64,000 nt of DNA, taken from Mustelus asterias. Its lineage: Eukaryota. Every line of letters begins with the position of its first letter. Position 1 is the first letter of the stretch. Positions 11,595 to 24,391 of the stretch are shown here, piece after piece. The notes under the pieces are model-generated. The model ran no database searches. It was not told the DNA's origin and saw nothing but the letters and a program-made list of their open reading frames with translations. The stretch is taken from positions 71,052,001 to 71,116,000 of the forward strand of contig NC_135804.1 of the NCBI RefSeq assembly GCF_964213995.1. The letters run 5' to 3'. The translations under genes and the position numbers were made by a program.

Positions 11595-13550
11595 CTACTC
11601 AGTCTCTCCTCATAAGCCAACCCTCTCAACTCCGGAATCAACCTAGTGAATCTCCTCTGCACCCCCTCCAGTACCAGTATATCGTTTCTCAAGTAAGGAG
11701 ACCAAAACTGCACACAGTACTCCAGGTGTGGCCTCACCAGCACCTTATACAGCTGCAACATAACCTCGCTGTTCATAGAGTCATAGAGGTTTACAGCATG
11801 GAAACAGGCCCTTCGGCCCAACTTGTCCATACCGTACTTTTTTTTAAAACCCCTAAGTTAATCCCAATTGCCCGCATTTGGCCCATATCCCTCTATACCC
11901 ATCTTATCCATGTAACTATCTAAATGCTTTTTAAAAGAAAAATTGTACCTGCGTCTACTACTATATCTGGCAGCTTGTTCCAGGCACTCACCACCCTCTG
12001 TGTGAAAAAATTGCCTGTCTGGATACTTTTGTATCTCTTCCCTCTCATTTTAAACCTATGCCCTCTAGTTTTAGACTCCCCGATCTTTGGGAAATGATAT
12101 TGACTATCTACCTTGTCTATGCCCCTCATTATTTTATAGGCCTCTATAAGGTCACCCCTCAGTCTCCTACGCTCCAGAGAAAAAAGTCCCAGTCTATTCA
12201 GCCTCTCCTTATAACTCAATCCATCAAGTCCTGGTAGCATCCTAGTAAATCTTTTCTGCACTCTTCCGAATTTAATAATATCCTTTCTATAATAGGGTGA
12301 CCAGAATTGCACACAGTATTCCAACTGTGGCCTTACCAATGTCTTGTACAACTTTAACAAGACGCCCGAACTCCTGTATTCAATGGTCTGACCGAACATG
12401 GAGTTTTTAAACTCCATCCCTCTAGCAATGAAGGACAAAATTCCATATGCCTTCTTAATTATCTGCTGTACCTGCAAACCAACTCCTTGAGATTCCTGCA
12501 CAAGGACACTCAGGTCCCTCTGCACAGCAGCATGCTGCAATTTTTAACCATTTAAATAATAGTCCATTTTGCTGTTATTCCAACCAAAATGGATGACCTC
12601 ACATTTACCAACATTGTACTCCATCTGCCAGAGCCTCGCCCACTCACCTAGACTTTCTATATCCCCTTGCAGACTTTCAGCTCCTCTGCACACTTTGCTC
12701 TTTCAGCCATCTTAGTGTCATCTGCGAATTTTGACACACTATACTTGGTCCCAACTCCAAATCATCTATGTAAATCGTAAACAATTGATTGCGGTCCCAA
12801 CACTGATCCCTGAGGCACACCACTAGTCACTGATCGCCAACCAGAAAAACACCCATTTACCCCCACTCTCTGTTTTCTGTTAGTTAACCAATCCTCTATC
12901 CATGCTAATACATTACCCGTAACACCATGCACCTTTATCTTATGTAGCAGTCTTTGGTGTGACATCTTGTCAAATGCCTTCTGGAAATCCAGATACACCA
13001 CATCCATAGGTTCCCCGTTGACCAAATTAGTCAAACATGACCTTCCCTTCATGAACCCATGCTGCGTCTTACCAATGGGACAATTTATATCCAAATGTCT
13101 CGCTATTTCTTCTTTGATGATTCAAGCATTTTCCCTACTACAGAAGTTAAGCTAACCGGCCTATAGTTACCTGCCTTTTGTCTACCTCCTTTTTTAAACA
13201 GTGGCGTCACATCTGCTGTTTTCTTATCTGCGGGAACCACCCCAGAGTCCAGTGAATTTTGGTAAATTACCACTATTGCATTTGTTATTTCTCCCGCCAG
13301 CTCCTTTAGTACCCGGAGATGCATTCCATCAGGAGCAAGAGACTTGTCTACCTTTAGCCCCATTAACTTGCCCAACACTACTTTTTCGTGATAATGATAG
13401 TTTCTAGGTTCTCACCTGCCATAGCCTTCCTGTCATCAATTTTTGGCATGTTATTTGTGTCTTCCACTGTGAAGACCGACACAAAATACCTGTTCAATGC
13501 CTCAGCCATTTTCTCATTTCCAGTGATTACATCCCCCTTCTCATCCTCTA
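11595..13550 (-). mobile_element. decayed CR1 LINE with a second CR1 nested at about 11774-12397
   Basis: RT fragments (NYRPVSLTSVVGK, QHGFMKGRSCLTNL, SGVPQGSVLGP) in ORFs 13103-13378, 12762-13094 and 11920-12540; two separate C-terminal segments. Confidence 0.88.
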
Positions 13551-14489
13551 AAGTTGAGTGAAGTCAACTATATAAGGGGCACCTCAGAAAATTCCTCTTA
13601 CAGACCCCTATATTTAGAAGATTTTTCGAAGTCTCAATGTTCAACTTATACATTTTGTTCCACAGTCTTGGTCATATGAATTTTTTGTTGTATGTTGTTG
13701 AGATGTGGGCATTACTGGCAAGGCCAGCATTTGTTTTTTATCCTGAAATGCCCTTGAGAACCAGATTCATGGTGCTGAGGCTTCGACGAATTCTCCAAAA
13801 AGAGATCAAACCCTTCCAAGTAGGGTTGGGGGGTGGGGGGGGCAGAGTTTAAATTCAATGAATTAATTTTAAAGATCTGGAAAAAAAGCTAGCTTCAGAA
13901 ATAGTGACAATGAAAATGGTTGTAAAACCCATCAGGTTCATTAATATCCTTTAGGAAGGGAAATCTACTGTCGTTACCAGGTCTGGCCTACATGTGAGTC
14001 CAGAACACAGCAATGTGATTAACTGGCCGAGGCAGCCAATCAAGTGAGGACAAAAAAGGATGGATAATAAATACTGAACTTCTGGAGACAACTACATCCT
14101 GTGAATAATTTAGAAAAATAGCAATGGGCTGATGGGGAAATGGGATCGGTGTGAGTTCAGACACAGGCAGCAGGGTTTTCGATCAGCTCAAGTTTACGGG
14201 GATTGGAATGTGAGATGGAACAGTTGAGTCTCGAATAAAGAGCATGGAAGAGACTTTCAGCAGCAGAGAGCTGAGGCCGGGGTGGATTCCCCAATATTAC
14301 ACATAAGGGAGTAAGTAGTCTGTCTCACTAATGGCGTTGGTGTGTGCTCAGAAATCATCTTAGGGTCAGATAGGAACCTCATGTTCTGAAGATTTTGGTT
14401 CTGACAGCTGTCAATCATTCTCTGCCCTGAGACTCTGTCAGTGCAGTCTGCACAGGTAAGACTTCATTCAGACTGTGCCATGTGGTTAG

Positions 14490-14720
14490 TGAGACTGGGA
14501 GTGGAAATGGGATCAGGAACAGGGAATGGAAATAAGATCGAGAACAGTGATTGGGAATGAGATTGGCAACAGAGAATGGGAATGGGATTGAGAACGATGA
14601 TTCGGAATAGGGATTGGAAAAGGATTTGGGAAAGGGATCAAGAACAGTGATTAGGATTGGGAATGGGATTGAGAATAGAGATTGGGAATAGGATAGGAAT
14701 ATTGATTGGATTGGGTTTGG
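14490..14720 (+). repeat. GGGAAT/GGGATT degenerate microsatellite
   Basis: Repeated GGGAATGGGATTGAGAA-like units. Confidence 0.75.
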
Positions 14721-15532
14721 GTGGGTGGGGTGAGAGAGGCTGAAGGGAGAGAGTTACTGATTGAATGAGGAGAGGCTTTGGGGCACTGGTGGGAAACTGG
14801 AGTTCAGGGACAGAGAGCTTTAGGGGTCAGGGTGCAGAGAGGGTGATGGGTTCAGCAGGAGAGAGTCTCGGGGAGTTCAGGGTGAAGCACGGAGACACTC
14901 TGTTCTCTCTAAGTTTCAGTCTCCCCTGTCTCCTCCATTCCCCCTCAGTGGGAGGAGGCAATGATGAGGCTCCAAAGAGTTTTGGGGTATTGAGGTGGAC
15001 TCCACACACTTCTGGATGTGTTCCTGGTTTGAGAAAAGAGGGAAGAAGCTGTGAAATCCCCCATGAATCATGAGCTTCCACAGGTAACTATGGTGCCGGG
15101 AATACTTTCAAAAATTGATTGGGGGAGACTTTTGGCAAGCAAAGGGATGTCAGGTAAGTGGGAGGCTTTCAAAAGTGTGTTAACCAGGGTTCAGGGTCAG
15201 TCATTCCTTTTAGAGTGAAGGACAAGGCTGGTAGAAGTACAGAACCCTGGATGACTCGGGATATTGAGGCCCTGGTCAAGAGGAGGCATATGACATGCAT
15301 AGGCAGCTGGGATCAAGTGGATCCCTTGAAGAGCATAGAGGGTGTAGTGTAGAGTTAAGAGATAAATCAGGAGGGCAAAAAGGGGACACAAGGTTGCTTT
15401 AGCAGGTAAAGCAAAGGAGAATCCAAAGAGCTTCTACAAATACATAAAGGGCAAAAGAGTAACTAGGAAGAGAACAGGGCCTTTTAAGAATTAACAATGT
15501 CGTCTACGTGCAGATCCACAAGAGATGGGTGA

Positions 15533-16220
15533 TGTTGTAGGGCAATATCAGGGATCCTGTCTTTTATATTTTAATTTATAAGTCCATTCATATTTTATTT
15601 AATTTCAGTGCAATACATGCAGGGCTACATAAAGCAAGCCCAGAGAGCCAGGCCTCACCAGAGGGAAGGGAAGAGTAACGCATGCTATCAACTTTTGATG
15701 TGCAGGAGATGGTTCCAAATTATCACAACAATGGGAGAGCCTGCATTAAGACAACTAGGCTCCATATAGTCGAGGGAGGGCTTGGTTTTCTGTAAAACAC
15801 GATCATCTACCGGGGGGGGAGGGGGAGGGCGGGGGGGGGGGGGGCGGGGGCTGGTGGGGGGGGAATGATTAACACATCGTTGTAAATCATTTGGGCAAAT
15901 ACAACGCTTTGACATTATAATCGGGTAAACCGAACTGCCCAAAGAACTGATTAATGAAGTTGTACTGAACGATGCAGTCTGCATAATGAGATTAGAAGAA
16001 CCATCTTGTATCCAACTCAAGGAATTAATATACTAACGTAAACCTTTGTGACTCAAAAAGTATAATAACCTGCACCAATCTAACAGAGGCAGAGAAGGAT
16101 TCGCAGGCAACCTGAGATTTCAGGCCGGAGTCCAGTTCTCCCTCAAGCATGTGGAAGAAAAACTTTTCTTGAAGTTTGACAAGGTCTCCAAGGCTCAACT
16201 CGTTTTATTTCCCTCCTATA
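15533..16220. mobile_element. solo LTR with 5-bp TSD
   Basis: Interrupts CR1 between GGTGA (15528-15532) and GGTGA (16221-16225); starts TGTTGTAGGG and ends CCCTCCTATA; TATA-like AAAAGTATAATAA at about 16056. Confidence 0.7.
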
Positions 16221-17098
16221 GGTGAGACCCTAAATGAACATTTCTCATCAGTATTTACTGTTGAGAAAGGCATGGATGTTAGGGAACTTGGGGAAATAAA
16301 TAGTGATGTATAAAGAACAAAGAACAAAGAAAATTACAGCACAGGAACAGGCCCTTCGGCCCTCCAAGCCTGCACCGACCATGCTGCCCGACTTAACTAA
16401 AACCTCCTACCCTTCCGGGGACCGTATCCCTCTATTCCCATCCTATTCATGTATTTGTCAAGACGCCCCTTAAAAGTCACTACTGTAGTGGCTTCCACTA
16501 CCTCCCCCGGCAACAAGTTCCAGGCACCCAGTACTCTCTGTGTAAAAAATATGTATACATTATAGAGAAGGAGGGCTGGAAGTCTTAAAACTCATCAAGG
16601 TAGATAAATCCCCTGGTCTTGATGAAGTGTATCCCAGGATGTTGTGGGAGCTTAGGGAGGAAATTGCAAGTCCCCTTGCAGAGATATTTGAATCATCAAC
16701 AGCCACAGGTGAGGTGACTGAAGATTGGAGGGTGGCAAATGTGCCTTTGTTCAAGAAGGGCTGCAGAGAAAAGTCTGGGAACTACAGGCAGGTGAGCCTA
16801 ACTTCTGTAGCAGGTAAGTTGTCAGAAGATATTCTGAGAGACAGGATCTATAGGCATTTAGAGAGGCAAGGACTGATTAGGGACAGTCAGCATGGCTTTG
16901 TGAGTGGAAAATCATGTCTCACCAATTCAATTGCATTTTTTGAAGCGGTAACCAAGAAGGGAGATAAGGGCAGTGCAGTTGACATTGTCCACATGGACTT
17001 TAGCAAGGTACTGCATGGTAGGTTGCTGCATAAAGTTAAATCTCACAGGATCCAGGGTGAGGTAGCCAATTGGATACAAAATTGGCTTGATGACAGAA

Positions 17099-17340
17099 TG
17101 TGGAGATGCCGGCGTTGGACTGGGGTGAACACAGTAAGAAGTCTCACAACACCAGGTTAACACCATGGCTTTAGGGATTCGCATTCTAATCAGTATTCTG
17201 TAACTTGATTTTGTGTCTCTGTGCACTGTTTGAGGGCACATTTCCAGTCCATCTGACGAAGGAGCAGCGCTCCGAAAGCTTATGGTATTTGCTACCAAAT
17301 AAACCTGTTGGACTTTAACCTGATGTTGTGAGACTTCTTA
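17099..17340. mobile_element. Penelope terminal-repeat insertion (inverted) with 12-bp TSD
   Basis: TTGATGACAGAA at 17087-17098 and 17341-17352; sequence matches the Penelope termini. Confidence 0.85.
17249..17285 (+). ncRNA. minimal type I hammerhead ribozyme motif (Penelope-associated)
   Basis: CCAU-CUGACGA-A-GGAGC(AGC)GCUCC-GAAA-GCUU-AUGG: intact core, stems I and II paired, palindromic stem III (AAGCUU). Confidence 0.7.
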
Positions 17341-18971
17341 TTGATGACAGAAGACAGAGGATGGTTGCAGATGGTTGTTTTTCAAACTGGAGCCCTGTGA
17401 CCAGCAGTGTACCTCAGGGATCGATTCAGGGTTATTTCTCATTTATATTAATGATTTGGATGAGAATTTAGGAAGCACAATTAGTAAGTTTGTAGATGAC
17501 ACCAAGTTTGATGGCATAGTGGACAGTGAAGAAGGTTCAGAATCTAGGATTGCAACAGGATCTTGATCAACTGGGCCAGTGGGCAGATGAATGGCAGATG
17601 AAGTTTAATTTAGATAAATGTGAGGTGATGCATTTATGAGGACCGAACCAGGGCATGACTTACTCAGTTAATGGTAGGGCATTAGGGAGAATAAAGAGAA
17701 CTAGGGGTACAGATTCATAGCTCCTTGAAAGTGGAGTCATAGGTGGATAGGGTGATGAAGAAGGCATTCCGCATGCTTGGTTTCATTGGTCAGAACATTG
17801 AATACAGGAGTTGAAACATCTTGTTGAAGTTGTACAAGATATTGGTAAGACCACACTTGGAATACTGTGTACAGTTCTGGTCACCCTATTATAGAAAGGA
17901 TATTATTAAATCAGGAAGAGTGCAGAAAAGATTTTCTAGGGTGCTACCGGGACTTGATGGTTTGAGTTATAAGGAGAGGCTGGATAGACTGGGACTTTTT
18001 TCTCTGGAGCGTAGGAGGCTTAGGGGTGAACTTATGGAGATCTATAAAATAATGAGGGACATAGATCAGTTAAATAGTCAATATCTTTTCCCAAAGATAG
18101 GGGAGTCTAAAACTAGAGGGCACAGTTTAAGGTGAGAGGTGAGAGATACAAAAGGGTCCAGAGGGGCAATTATTTCACACAGAGGGTGGTGAGTGTCTGG
18201 AACAGGCTACCAGATGTAGTAGTAGAGACGGGTATAATTTTGTCTTTTAAAAAGCATTTAGACAGTTACATGGGTAAGATTGGTATAGAGGGACATGGGC
18301 CAAACATAGGCAATTGGGACTAGCTTAATGGTTAAAAACTGGGCGACATGGACAAGTTGGGCCAAAGGGCCTGTTTCCATGCTGTAAACCTCTATGACTC
18401 TGTGACACTTTCCTCTCCCAAGGAATCTTCTATAAACCCAGGCTCCAAGAGAGTAAGAGCTGGCAGGATATTCAACTATGGAAGCCATCATTGAAGGCCA
18501 TCGTTGGACATGAGGGAGCATGGTGACTGGAGAGCTGGGTTGCGTTTCCTAACCCAGTGAACTGCGGGCAGTTTAAACATCCCCCACTCTCTCGCCCTCT
18601 CTCTTTCGCTCCACCTGAGGGCAGTTTAGACATCTCTCTATCTCTCACTCTCTCTCTCGTGCTCTCTGTTGCTCACTCTCTCTCGCTCTGTCTTTCTCTC
18701 TCTCGAAGCTCTCACTCTCACACTCTCTCTCTCTCTCTCTTGCTCGCTCCACCTGAAGCCAGCAACTCCTTACAGACTGGCCTTTTCTTCACTGTGCAAC
18801 ATGGGAAATGTTAATCGCTTGATAATTAATTCTGTGTACGAGGAGTTCAGGTCACAGAGAGATTTCCTCTAATTTTTGAGAACATGAAATTTTCTGACTC
18901 TATATTCAGTGCTCCTCTCATTCGCTAAAAAGTCTCCAGAGAAACCCAGTCACTTAGAATGCTAAATTTGG

Positions 18972-20048
18972 CCAGAACTGGCTTGCCTGCAGAAGGCAGA
19001 GAGTGGCTGTGGAGGGGTCTTTCTCTGCATGGAGGTCAGTGACCAGTGGAGTGCCCCAGGGATCTGTTCTGGGACCCTTGCTGTTTGTCATTTTCATAAA
19101 TGACCTGGATGAGGAAGTGGAGGGATGGGTTGGTAAGTTTGCTGACGACACCAAGGTAGGTGGTGTTGTGGATAGTTTGGAGGGATGTCAGAAGTTGCAG
19201 CGAGACATAGATAGAATGCAAGACTGGGCGGAGAAGTGGCAGATGGACTTCAACCCGGATAAGTGTGTAGTGATCCATTTTGGCAGATCCAATGGGATGA
19301 AGCAGCAGTATAATATGAAGGGTACCATTCTTAGCAGTGTAGAGGATCAGAAGGACCTTGGGGTCCGGGTCCATAGGACTCTTAAATCGGCCTCGCAGGT
19401 GGAGGAAGCGGTCAAGAAGGCGTACGGCGTACTAGCCTTCATTAATCGAGGGATTGAGTTTAGGAGTCGGGAGATAATGCTGCAGCTTTATAGGACCCTG
19501 GTTAGACCCCACTTGGAGTACTGCGCGCAGTTCTGGTCACCTCATTACAGGAAAGATGTTGAAGCCATTGAAAGGGTGCAGAGGAGATTTACAAGGATGT
19601 TGCCTGGATTGGGGGGCATGCCTTATGAGGATAGGTTGAGGGAGCTTGGTCTCTTCTCCCTGGAGAGACGAAGGATGAGAGGTGACCTGATAGAGGTTTA
19701 CAAGATGTTGAGAGGTCTGGATAGGGTAGACTCTCAGAGGCTATTTCCAAGGGCTGAAATGATTGCTACGAGAGGACACAGGTTTAAGGTGCTGGGGGGT
19801 AGGTACAGAGGAGATGTCAGGGGTAAGTTTTTCACTCAGAGGGTGGTGGGTGAGTGGAATCGGCTGACGTCGGTGGTGGTGGAGGCAAACTCGTTGGGGT
19901 CTTTTAAGAGACTTCTGGATGAGTACATGGGATTTAATGGGATTGAGGGCTATAGATAGGCCTAGAGGTGGGGATATGATCAGCGCAACTTGTGGGCCGA
20001 AGGGCCTGTTTGTGCTGTGGCTTTCTATGTTCTATGTTCTATGTTCTA
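18972..20048 (+). mobile_element. young 5'-truncated CR1 LINE
   Basis: Uninterrupted 318-aa ORF 19003-19959 (FADD RT motif), almost identical to 60876-61940; (TTCTATG)n tail. Confidence 0.95.
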
Positions 20049-20275
20049 AAGGGGAAAGTGGGACAGTTCGAAGTTTTTCTTAGATCACCAGCTGCAGCTT
20101 TCACTTCCCCAACAAGGACATTGAGAGTATCTGATGGAGAATTGAGAGAGCTCAGGAAGAGAGAAATTCCAGGTAATAAACCAAGCCCCACTCTCACTGG
20201 GAATCCCTTCACACTGGGAATCCATTCACACTGCGGATTCATTCACATTAAAGATGCACTCGCACTGGGGAATAG

Positions 20276-21560
20276 ATAGGCTGAGACTTGGGCGGAATAG
20301 TGGCAGATGGAATTTAATCCGGACAAATGCGAGGTGATGCATTTTGGAAGGTATAATGCAGGCGGGAAGGCTACAGTAAAGGGCAGAACCCTTAGAAGCA
20401 TTAACATAAAAAGGGATCTAGGCATACAGGTCCAGAGTTCCCTAAAGTTGGCAACACAAGTGGATAAGGTGGTCACGGAGGCATATGGCATGCTTGCCTT
20501 CATCATGTGGGACATAGAATATAAAATTGGCAAATCATGTTTCCGCTGTGTCACAATTGGAATATTGCATACAGTTCTGGTTGCCACACGACAGAAGCAT
20601 GTGGAGGCTTTGGAGAGGGTGCAGAAAGGATTTGCCTGGTTTGGAGGGTTTTCACATGAACATTGGAGGCTGAGGGGCGATCTAATAGAAGTCTACAAAA
20701 CTATGAGAGGCACAGATAGAATGGACATTTGGAGTCTTTTTCCCAGGGTAGAAATATCAATTACTAGGGGACATAGGTTGGGGAGGCGATGGCCTAGTGA
20801 TATTATGGCTAGATTATTAATCCAGAAACTCAGCTAATGTGCTGGGGACCCGGGTTTGAATCCTGTCATGGCAGATGGTGGAATTTGAATTCAATAAAAA
20901 CAAATCTGGAATTAAGAATCTACTGATGACTATGAAACCATGAAAAACCCAGGGCTATTTAAAGGATACTGGCAAGTACCTTTATCAGAAAAGATAAAGG
21001 AAGTTTTGGCTTTTGTAATGCCAAATGGTCTGTATCAATTTAAAGTTATGCCATTTGGAATGAAGAATGCACCAGCAACATTCCAAAGCCTAACCAACAA
21101 GGCCATTTCTGGACTAAATAATTGTGCAGTGTACATAGACAGTCTGGTGGTTCACTAATGTCCTTTAAGGAAGAAAATCTGCCGTCCTTACTTGATCTGG
21201 GCTAAGTGTGACTCCAGAGCTACAGCAAGGTGGTTGACTCTCAGCTGCCCTCTGAACAAGGGCAATTAGGGATCAGCAATAAATGCTGGTCAGCCAGCGA
21301 CACCCATGTCCCACAAATGAATTTAAAAATAGATCTAAGGTAAAAGGGGGAAACTTTAAAGGCAACATCAGAGGCAAGTTTTTTTACACAGAGGGTGGTA
21401 AGTGCCTGGAATGCGCTGCTAGAGGAGATGATAGAAACAGATACAACAGCAATATTTAAGAGGCATCTTGACAGTTACATGAATTGGCAGGAAATAGAGC
21501 AATATGGACCACGTAGAGGCAAAAGGTCTTTAGTTTAAAAAGGCGTCATGTGTCGGTGCA
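20276..21560 (+). mobile_element. old CR1 3' fragment interrupted by a SINE (about 20780-21325)
   Basis: ORF 20307-20837 MEFNPDKCEVMHFGR..; CR1 resumes at about 21330 (TTTACACAGAGGGTGGT). Confidence 0.75.
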
Positions 21561-21594
21561 GGTTTGGTGAGCCAAATGGCCTGTTGGAATTTTC

Positions 21595-22500
21595 GTTGTT
21601 AATTGTGCATGATGTAGATGTAGAAAATGCTGTTCCAATTAAGCAACATCCATATAGACTTAATTTACTAAAGTTGGCACAGGTTCAAAAGGAGATTGAA
21701 AACATTCTTAAGAATGATATTATTGAAGTGAGTTGCAGCAATTGAAGCTCACCTATAGTGATGGTACCAAAATCAGATGGTGCACAATGATTACATGTGG
21801 ACTACAGAAAAGTCAATGTAGTTATGAAGTCAAATTCATATCCTATTCCTCAAAATGGTGGGACAAGGAAATTTTATTTCAAAATGCCATTTAGTTAAAG
21901 GATATGGCAGGTACCTTTATCAGAAAGGGTAAAGGAAGTTTTGCCTTTTGTAATGCCAAATGGTCTGTATCAATTTAAAGTTATGCCATTTGGAATGAAG
22001 AATGCACCAGCAACATTCCAAAGCCTAACCAACAAGGCCATTTCTGAACTAAATAATTGTGTAGTGTACATAGACAGTCTGGTGGTTTTCAGTCAGATAT
22101 GGAAAGAATATTTGGAACATTTAAAGAAATTGTTTGTTCGACTACAGGAGGCAGGTTTGGTGGTAAAGTTGGCGAAAAGTGAATTAACAAATTCCCAAGT
22201 CACATTCTTAGTCTGTATAATTGGAGATGGACAGATGGCTGCACAGAATGTGAAAATGAATGTTATTGGCCAGTTCCCAAAACAGTCAACCAGAAGAGAA
22301 GTGCTGAGATTCCTAGGCATGAGTGGTTTCTACAAGAAATTCATGCCATATTTTAGCTAAAAAAGCACAGGAAATGTCAATGGATATCTGAATGTCAGGG
22401 GGCAGTTGACAATCTCAAAACTGTGTTAACCACCACATGAGTTTTGGGAGCACCGAATTTTGCTAAGCAACTCAAGGTGGGTGTTGCTGTTGTACTGTTA
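21595..22500 (+). mobile_element. Gypsy-type LTR retrotransposon reverse transcriptase remnant
   Basis: PIKQHPYRLN, SSPIVMVPK, DYRKVN, GLYQFKVMPFGMKNAPATFQ, YID, FLGMSGFYKKF, with stops and frameshifts. Confidence 0.85.
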
Positions 22501-22513
22501 CTAAAGATAACAT

Positions 22514-23377
22514 GATGTGGAGATGCCGGCGTTGGACTGGGGTAAACACAGTAAGAAGTTTAACAACACCAGGTTAAAGTCCAACAGGTTTATCTGGTAG
22601 CAAAAGCCACACAAGCTTTCGGAGCTGCAAGCCCCTTCTTCAGGTGAGTGGGAATTCTGTTCACAAACAGAGCATATAAAGACACAAACTCAATTTACAT
22701 GAATAATGGTTGGAATGCGAATACTTACAACTAATCAAGTCTTTAAGAAACAAACAACGTGAGTGGAGAGAGCATCAAGACAGGCTAAAAAGATGTGTAT
22801 TGTCTCCAGACAAGACAGCCAGCGAAACTCTGTGGGGGTTACAAATAGTGGGACATGAACCCAATAGCCCGGTTGAGGCCGTCCTCATGTGTGCGGAACT
22901 TGGCTATCAGTTTCTGCTCAGGGACTCTGCGCCGTCGTGTGTCGCGAAGGCCGCCTTGGAGAACGCTTACCCGAATATCAGAGGCCGAATGCGCGTGACC
23001 GCTGAAGTGCTCCCCAACAGGAAGAGAACAGTCTTGCCTTGTGATTGTCGAGCGGTGTTCATTCATCCATTGTCGCAGCGTCTGCATAGTTTCCCCAATG
23101 TACCATGCCTCGGGACATCCTTTCTTGCAGCGTATCAGGTAGACAACGTTGGCCGAGTTGCAAGAGTATGTACCGTGTACCTGGTGGATGGTGTTCTCAC
23201 GTGAGATGATGGCATCTGTGTCGATGATCCGGCACGTCTTGCAGAGGTTGCTGTGGCAGGGTTGTGTGGTGTCGTGGTCACTGTTCTCCTGAAGGCTGGG
23301 TAGTTTGCTGTGGACAATAGTCTGTTTGAGGTTGTGCGGTTGTTTGAAGGCAAGAAGTGGGGGTGTGAGGATGGCCA
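22514..23377 (-). mobile_element. Penelope-like element 3' part with intact GIY-YIG endonuclease domain
   Basis: ORF 22839-23378 contains CxxC..NVVYLIRCKKGCPEAWYIGET..EH..H; terminal repeat at about 22514-22650. Confidence 0.9.
22610..22646 (-). ncRNA. minimal hammerhead ribozyme motif
   Basis: CAC-CUGAAGA-A-GGGGC(UUGCA)GCUCC-GAAA-GCUU-GUG. Confidence 0.62.
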
Positions 23378-23382
23378 ACGTT

Positions 23383-24287
23383 GGGGGATTTTACCATTTT
23401 GAGTCTAAGTGCCGGATCTGGGCGTCAAATAGATCCGCGCCTGGAATCCTCTTTGCAGCGCGCCCATATGCGTTTTGCCACGCTGTGTGCGCAGCTTAGC
23501 GCTGGTGGACTGAATGGAGCTCTGAACTGCGCATGCGCAGTTCGAAAGAAATCTGACAGCGCGCCCGGGCGCGAAAAAAAAAGCAGAAAGCGGAGAGAGC
23601 GGCTCTCTGACGTTCATCCCCTGGGGGGGGGGGGGGTTGGGAGGAGAGGGGGTGTGACCGATCATCCCTTGGGGGGGTGGGGGGGGGGTGGGGGGGAGGA
23701 GAGGGGGTGTGACCGATCATCCCCTGGCGGAGGGGGAGGAGAGGGGATGTGACGTCTCATCCTCTGGTCGGGGGGGGGGGCGGTTCCGCTCTCTCGCACC
23801 TGCAGTGAAGAGTAATCTGTGGCTGGTAGTTTACCAGTGATGGTGCCAGGAGGGATCGGCCGCAGACACGCAGCAGAACCCCCCCGACCAGAGGATGAGA
23901 CATCACACCCTCTCCCCTCCCACCCCCCCTCCCACCCCGACCAGAGGATGACCTGGGTCAGGGAGCCGTTGCAGTCTCTGACCCCGCTCTTCGGAGGCTG
24001 CAGCGGCAACTTCAGACTTTCATTTTGCAGGTCGGTAACAGCGCGGACGCGGTTCGGGCCAGAAGACGGTAAAGTGGGATTTGGCGGTAGAGTTGGGCGC
24101 GCGGTTCATTATGTCAATTTAAAAGAATGCAAATGCATTTAAATCGCTGGACCCGAGCCCACATCGGGTTTCGGTAAAGCCGCGATCTGCTCGGAATCGG
24201 GTGCAGATCGCGGTATATGCCCGACACCCAACTTTACTGCGATTTCGCACCCGTTTTCGGGCGCGATGTTTTGGTAAAATCAGGCCC
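23383..24287. mobile_element. GC-rich non-autonomous TIR element (Harbinger-like MITE) with internal G-rich minisatellite
   Basis: Termini GGGGGATTTTACCA and TGGTAAAATCAGGCCC are imperfect inverted repeats; CpG-rich; internal repeats at 23620-23770. Superfamily is inferred. Confidence 0.6.
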
Positions 24288-24391
24288 TGGGAATCCAATC
24301 ATACAGATGATTCACATACACTAAGAATCTGTTCACACAATGGATCCATTTACACTAAGAATCCATTCACACTGAGTTTTCATTTAGGGTG

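Larger units (their letters stand above)
15085..18402 (+). mobile_element. decayed CR1 LINE interrupted by a solo LTR, a CR1 3' fragment (about 16312-16550, minus) and a Penelope terminal pair
   Basis: ORF2 fragments 16627-17098, 17375-17566 and 17821-18323; tail CTCTATGACTCTGTGAC near 18400. Confidence 0.88.
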
